Of a DNA stretch of 64,000 bases, positions 58,246 to 64,000 are shown in pieces. Origin of the DNA: Eledone cirrhosa (Eukaryota); contig OZ024749.1 in assembly GCA_964016885.1 (NCBI GenBank), forward strand, positions 51,646,001 to 51,710,000. Direction: 5' to 3'. The notes under the pieces were generated by a model. That model worked only from the letters and a program-made list of their open reading frames with translations, searched no databases and was not told the origin of the DNA. The position numbers were made by a program, and so were the translations under genes. How positions within the stretch are numbered: position 1 is the first letter of the stretch; the number at the start of each line of letters is the position of its first letter.

Positions 58246-59049
58246 TTTCGGTTATTTATCAAATATTTCTTCATAGGAGCCTTTATTCTTATAGCCTGGT
58301 CTAATTGATTTTTTATATGGTTAATTATGCTAATTGGGAGAGGAAATTGTATATATTTTATCTAATAATTCTAAGGACATGATTTATGATATATTGCTCT
58401 GATTATTTAATTTATTAATTCTTCATTGAGCCACATCGTGAACGGTTGCCACATATATATCTGTGACTTTATGTATATGTAAATCTTTATATTTAATAAT
58501 CTCCCGTTGGGTTGAGATGCAATTTGGGCGATATTTGGTTGCGCTTTCTAGCAACCAGCCTACTCGCCGTAAGCAACTAATCACATTCTTTCTAACTTGA
58601 TCACTGCCACGTCACGATTCTTAGCCATTTTTTAAATCTATTTCTGGCAGGATCGCTTTGGAAAATTAACTGTCCTATTGAGTTTGTCTCCCGATGAGTT
58701 CGATACTCGAGATTTATCCTTAATAGGATGTCTCAAAATACGAACGAAACAATGTAGGGATATAATTACAGTATGTACACATTTCTTCTAACTTTAAATT
58801 TATACCTAATTGTGTATGGTTGACGATATATTTGGTCAGTTTCTACATGCTGTTGAAATGTTGGGTAAATACTCTATTGTGGTCAACCGCGAAGAGGCTG
58901 CTTTCGGTTATTTATCAAATATTTCTTCATAGGAGCCTTTATTCTTATAGCCTGGTCTAATTGATTTTTTATATGGTTAATTGTGCTAATTGGGAGAGGA
59001 AATTGTATATATTTTATCTAATAATTCTAAGGACATGATTTATGATATA
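58243..59049 (+). mobile_element. Family F non-coding element with about 150-bp terminal direct repeats (58243-58393 / 58899-59049; period 656 bp), flanked by (TA)n
   Basis: The direct repeats are near-identical, there is no long ORF, and both ends abut TA tracts. Confidence 0.8.
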
Positions 59050-59061
59050 TATATATATATA

Positions 59062-59184
59062 TGAGGATTTCTCCCGAATGAAACAGTTCTAGGCCTGTAG
59101 AAGCCATTTCTATATTAAATATTTATACTCTGCTTTGTATTGAGTACTTTACTTACTGTGGTTACCCCAGATCGAACCCGGGAT
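59062..59184 (+). mobile_element. Family B non-inverted copy beginning in the HHR core
   Basis: TGAGGA-tttctcccgaat-GAAA-cagttctaggcctg-TA-gaagcc...GTATTGAGTACT...cccggg, then (AT)n. Confidence 0.8.
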
Positions 59185-59311
59185 ATATATATATATATAT
59201 ATATATATGAGCCGTAGGTATACATGTTTTTATTGTTTTTATTGTTTTGTATTGTATGTTTGACGTGATTTATTTTCTAAATATTAGAAGCATGAAACGA
59301 TTATAGACCTC

Positions 59312-59397
<86 letters not shown>

Positions 59398-59912
59398 GCG
59401 CGCACACATCATTAAAATAACACGCAGCGTTCAAAAGAAGAAGAAAAAACCCTACACTTTTACTCAAATATGTTAAGGATATAAATATGATTTAATCGGA
59501 ATTTCATATAAGTTTTTCTGTTTGATGTGTTAAAAACGCTGCTCTACAAAGTCCTCGTATCAAATACGGTTCAACCGCTAAAATATTAACTCTTTCATAA
59601 AAAGCTCCATTATCTTTCTGCTCAACTTCAAAATGGCGTAGCTCTTTTTTCAAAATGTAGCATTTAGAAGATATAGCAACGATTAGATAACAAATCTTTA
59701 ACTACAAAAGTCCCATATTCCATACTAGAGATTATTAAAGATTATTACAATTTTTTTTTTTTCGGTGTACGACTTGGGGAAAAAGTGGAGAAGAGGTGAA
59801 CACACAGCAAATGACTGATGGAACACCTACTGAACTAACATAAAATAGCATTATGTGTGCTACCTTACAGAAACGTTTTTAAATGATCCAACACAAAAAG
59901 CTTGAATATTAT

Positions 59913-59993
<81 letters not shown>

Positions 59994-60103
59994 AGTGTGT
60001 ATTCTGTTGGCATCGAAGCAATAAATGGAAAATTCTAACCATACAGAATCTGAACAATACACTGGAACGAATATAGTCAGATTCTCTTGAATGTCTGTTG
60101 ATA

Positions 60104-60144
<41 letters not shown>

Positions 60145-60149
60145 CAGGC

Positions 60150-60239
<90 letters not shown>

Positions 60240-61019
60240 GGATAGGGAGGTAAAAACCAGACCATAACGCATAGAACTTTTGAATAAATTAGAAAAGTTT
60301 AGTGTTGGGAGCTCGCTTTCGGTTAAGATTTCGAGAAGAAATGGAACTGATGACTTTATAGACAAAATATAATAAAGAGCTCATATAAGTGCAATTAAGG
60401 TAATTTGATGTGAGTAGAGGGATTTATATTTTTGAAAGGAGTTTGAATGTTGTTTGACACTTAACAGATTTTTAGTAGATTGGAGACTAAATGTTTATCT
60501 ACTTATAATAGAATATGGAGGATGGAATTTGTTGCCTAATGGGTACAGTTGTTACATCTCTTTTTGTTATATTACATTAACGTTTGTTTCAAGATTTCTA
60601 TATTTTTTCATTGTCTTCTTCTAACGACAACGATATGATGCTGGCATAGTGCATCAGACTTAATATATTTACTCATCTCGCAAACATTATTACTGACTCT
60701 CAAAACCTAATTCAATATACTAATTGTTAGAAATATACACGACTCTTTTCCCATGATATTGCAATATCTCCTTTAAAAAGAAAAAAAAAAACCTAATTTA
60801 TCAAGTATTTTCAGAAAATATGTTTAAAACTAAATGGAGTCTACAATAATAATTATTTGTTAGAGCTAAAATAATTTTTCAAGATGCTGAACATGAAAAT
60901 TGTAAGAAAATGCACTGTCAATGAGCATTTAAATGTCTCTTTGTGTAAGTAAACCAATAGTTTTTCATATTTCTAATCACCGTTTTCTTGTTTGATTTAC
61001 TTACCCGTTATATTATGCT

Positions 61020-61421
<402 letters not shown>

Positions 61422-61544
61422 GGAGGTGAGTTTTATTGTAGAACAATAAAAGTATGCATATATCAGATAAGTAGCACTCAACAGTTGATAGAACTGGAGT
61501 ATATATAGAATATATATATTTATATACGTGAATATATCTATATA

Positions 61545-61624
<80 letters not shown>

Positions 61625-62167
61625 AGTTGTTATTATGGTCGATAACATAACAAAATATTGCAGCAAATTGGAGTCCTTGTTCTTTATTCATTCTAAAGTA
61701 CGCCGTAAATTATTTTAGCAACCGGGGATCCTCAAACATTAAATCTTTAATTAATATTTCTACATCCCGATACATCATAGTAGGAATGCAGATAGTTCAT
61801 TTAATTTCTATGAAAGTACTTCAATGCTATTCTCAAATTCACACAATATCAATTGTTAACTCTTTGTAATTGTGTTGCCCTCTAACTTTGACAGAAAATC
61901 TAGTTCAAATACAAATTATAACAAAGACACTTTTCTCATCCGTATACAATTCAAGCCTGCACGACATATTTGTTTGAAGTTCCGTTTTTTCCCCCGTTGC
62001 GTCTTTATTAGCGGAATATATTATTACTCTTTTCAGACAGATACTTTAGAATTTTTAGACAGTGTTAACAACAATCTTCGAATTAAACTTTCATTCTAGA
62101 GTGATGTATGTTATTATTGGTAATGCGATAGAAACCTGTTTCTTTGACAAAGCTTACACTGCCTTAA

Positions 62168-62446
62168 CATCAGAACAATGCTGCAGTAGACAAGTCCTTG
62201 GTTTCAATGACTGCTCTATGTGAATGTGGCTGTGAACTAGTTGATCACCCCACCATATTCTCCTGATTTGGCCCCATCTGACTACCATTTGTTCCCCAAC
62301 ATGAGAAAATACTTGGCTGGAAACCATATCGAATTGATGCTGACATTGTATCTGCTGTTGATGCCTTTTTAAACCATCAGAATGAAAGCTTCTTTACCAA
62401 TGGGATTAAATAACTTCAGCCTCGATGTAAGAAGTGTGTGAACCGC
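62168..62446 (+). pseudogene. Mariner transposase C-terminal fragment, frameshifted
   Basis: HQNNA...ELVDHP / PYSPDLAPSDYHLFPNMRKYLAG...FFTNGIK*L..RCKKCV. YSPDLAPxD is the mariner signature motif. Confidence 0.88.
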
Positions 62447-62937
62447 ATGGTGTTCCTCATATTTGCTCCACTAATGCTCAGAGTTCCAGAGGCTTTAATA
62501 AGAAAACGATCTACAAACCCTCGGCTACCAACCTATACAAGGATATACCTGGTCTGCCACGAAATTACATATTTTTAGGAAGCAAAATTGTTTAAGGGTA
62601 ATCCACCAATATTCCAGCATAATACCCAATGTAGTAGATAATTTAGGGATTACTACAATATATCGGTCATTTCTGGCTCAAATCTAAATATCACAAACAA
62701 CCAGTTTATGGTTGCTAACTGATGTTGTGTGGATTATAAGCTTATACATGGAATTTCATGGTTGAATCGATAAAAGTATTGGACGCCATGTAATAGATTC
62801 ATAAATTCTGTTCGATTATTAGCGAGGCATTAACCTACATGTCTTGTCTGACAACAGAGCTGCTCTGTTTGAGGTAACGGTAACATAGATATAGAGCTAT
62901 GTTACAGCTGTTGTATAGGATGTTCATATATATATAT

Positions 62938-62995
<58 letters not shown>

Positions 62996-63048
62996 TCACA
63001 GACACATGTATGTATATATATATGTATATATATACTCACACACACATG

Positions 63049-63079
<31 letters not shown>

Positions 63080-63097
63080 GTATATATATATACACAC

Positions 63098-63175
<78 letters not shown>

Positions 63176-63219
63176 GTATATATATATATATACACACATA
63201 TGTATATATATATATACAC

Positions 63220-63273
<54 letters not shown>

Positions 63274-63285
63274 GTATATATATAT

Positions 63286-63380
<95 letters not shown>

Positions 63381-63589
63381 GTAGGTATGTAGCAAGTTAA
63401 CTTCTACAGTGTGGAGTAATATTAACATGCTGTAATATTTGAAGTGACAAGTTCATAAAACTGATAGTTCCCGTTTAAATGAAAGATTGACCAAGCACGA
63501 AGCTATTACAATATATTACTTATGTTGACAACAAAGAGGAGAATGTTGAAGTTTACCTATATGTAAAGGGAAAATCGATAATATGGAAC

Positions 63590-64000
63590 CCAGTGTTTGA
63601 CAGGTAATTTATTTTATCGACCTGGGAAGGATAAAAGGCGAAGTTGATCTTGACGAGTTTTGTACTCAGAACGTAAAGAGGCGGGAGAAATTTCACAAAG
63701 TATCATGTCCGAAGACGCTCTACCGATTCTGATAATCCACTGCATATATGGCAGATTAGAAGGGTTTGTGATTTAGACACAAGGCCACCAATTTCGGGGG
63801 CTGGTCAAAGTCAATTAAATCGACCCCAGTGCATTATTTATTCGTTAATATATTTTATCAACCTCCGTAAGGATGAAAGGCAAAGTTAACCTCGGTGGTA
63901 TTTGAGTTCAAATACCCCAGTACTGGACTGGTACTGTTATTATCGACCTCGAATGGATGAAAGGTAAAGTTAACGTCGGCAGGATTTGAACTCCGGGAGC
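63590..64000 (-). mobile_element. Degenerate Meta/Nin-type SINE copies
   Basis: TTTTATCGACC...GGATGAAAGGCAAAGTTAACCTCGG repeated. Confidence 0.8.

Noticed and set aside
60240-60560. Possible Penelope RT C-terminal remnant on the minus strand (FHPPYS...)
   Set aside because: Only one short motif amid stops and frameshifts; it needs an HMM search to call.

Overview
Eukaryotic, AT-rich and very microsatellite-dense DNA. The SINE, LINE and microsatellite landscape resembles an octopus or other cephalopod genome; this is an inference. No host exon could be supported, and nearly all track ORFs are translations of simple repeats. The only intact coding sequences are ORF1 and ORF2 of a full-length Tx1/L1-clade non-LTR retrotransposon (about 36.8-42.8 kb) lying in a (TTA)n tract. 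The rest is SINEs, RTE, Dong/R4 and CRE-like LINE remnants, mariner and hAT MITEs, and minisatellites, two of them amplified from LINE coding segments. The most striking signal is more than 15 small non-coding inserts, from at least 7 sequence families, sitting in (TA)n tracts. Many carry Penelope-type hammerhead ribozyme (HHR) motifs, and many form near-perfect fold-back palindromes, several turning in HHR stem II with private variants mirrored in both arms. Most families share a GAGYRCY motif about 45-65 nt from the 3' end. One family also appears as a 656-bp unit with about 150-bp terminal direct repeats (retrozyme-like). All structures were read by eye; no folding or database search was run.
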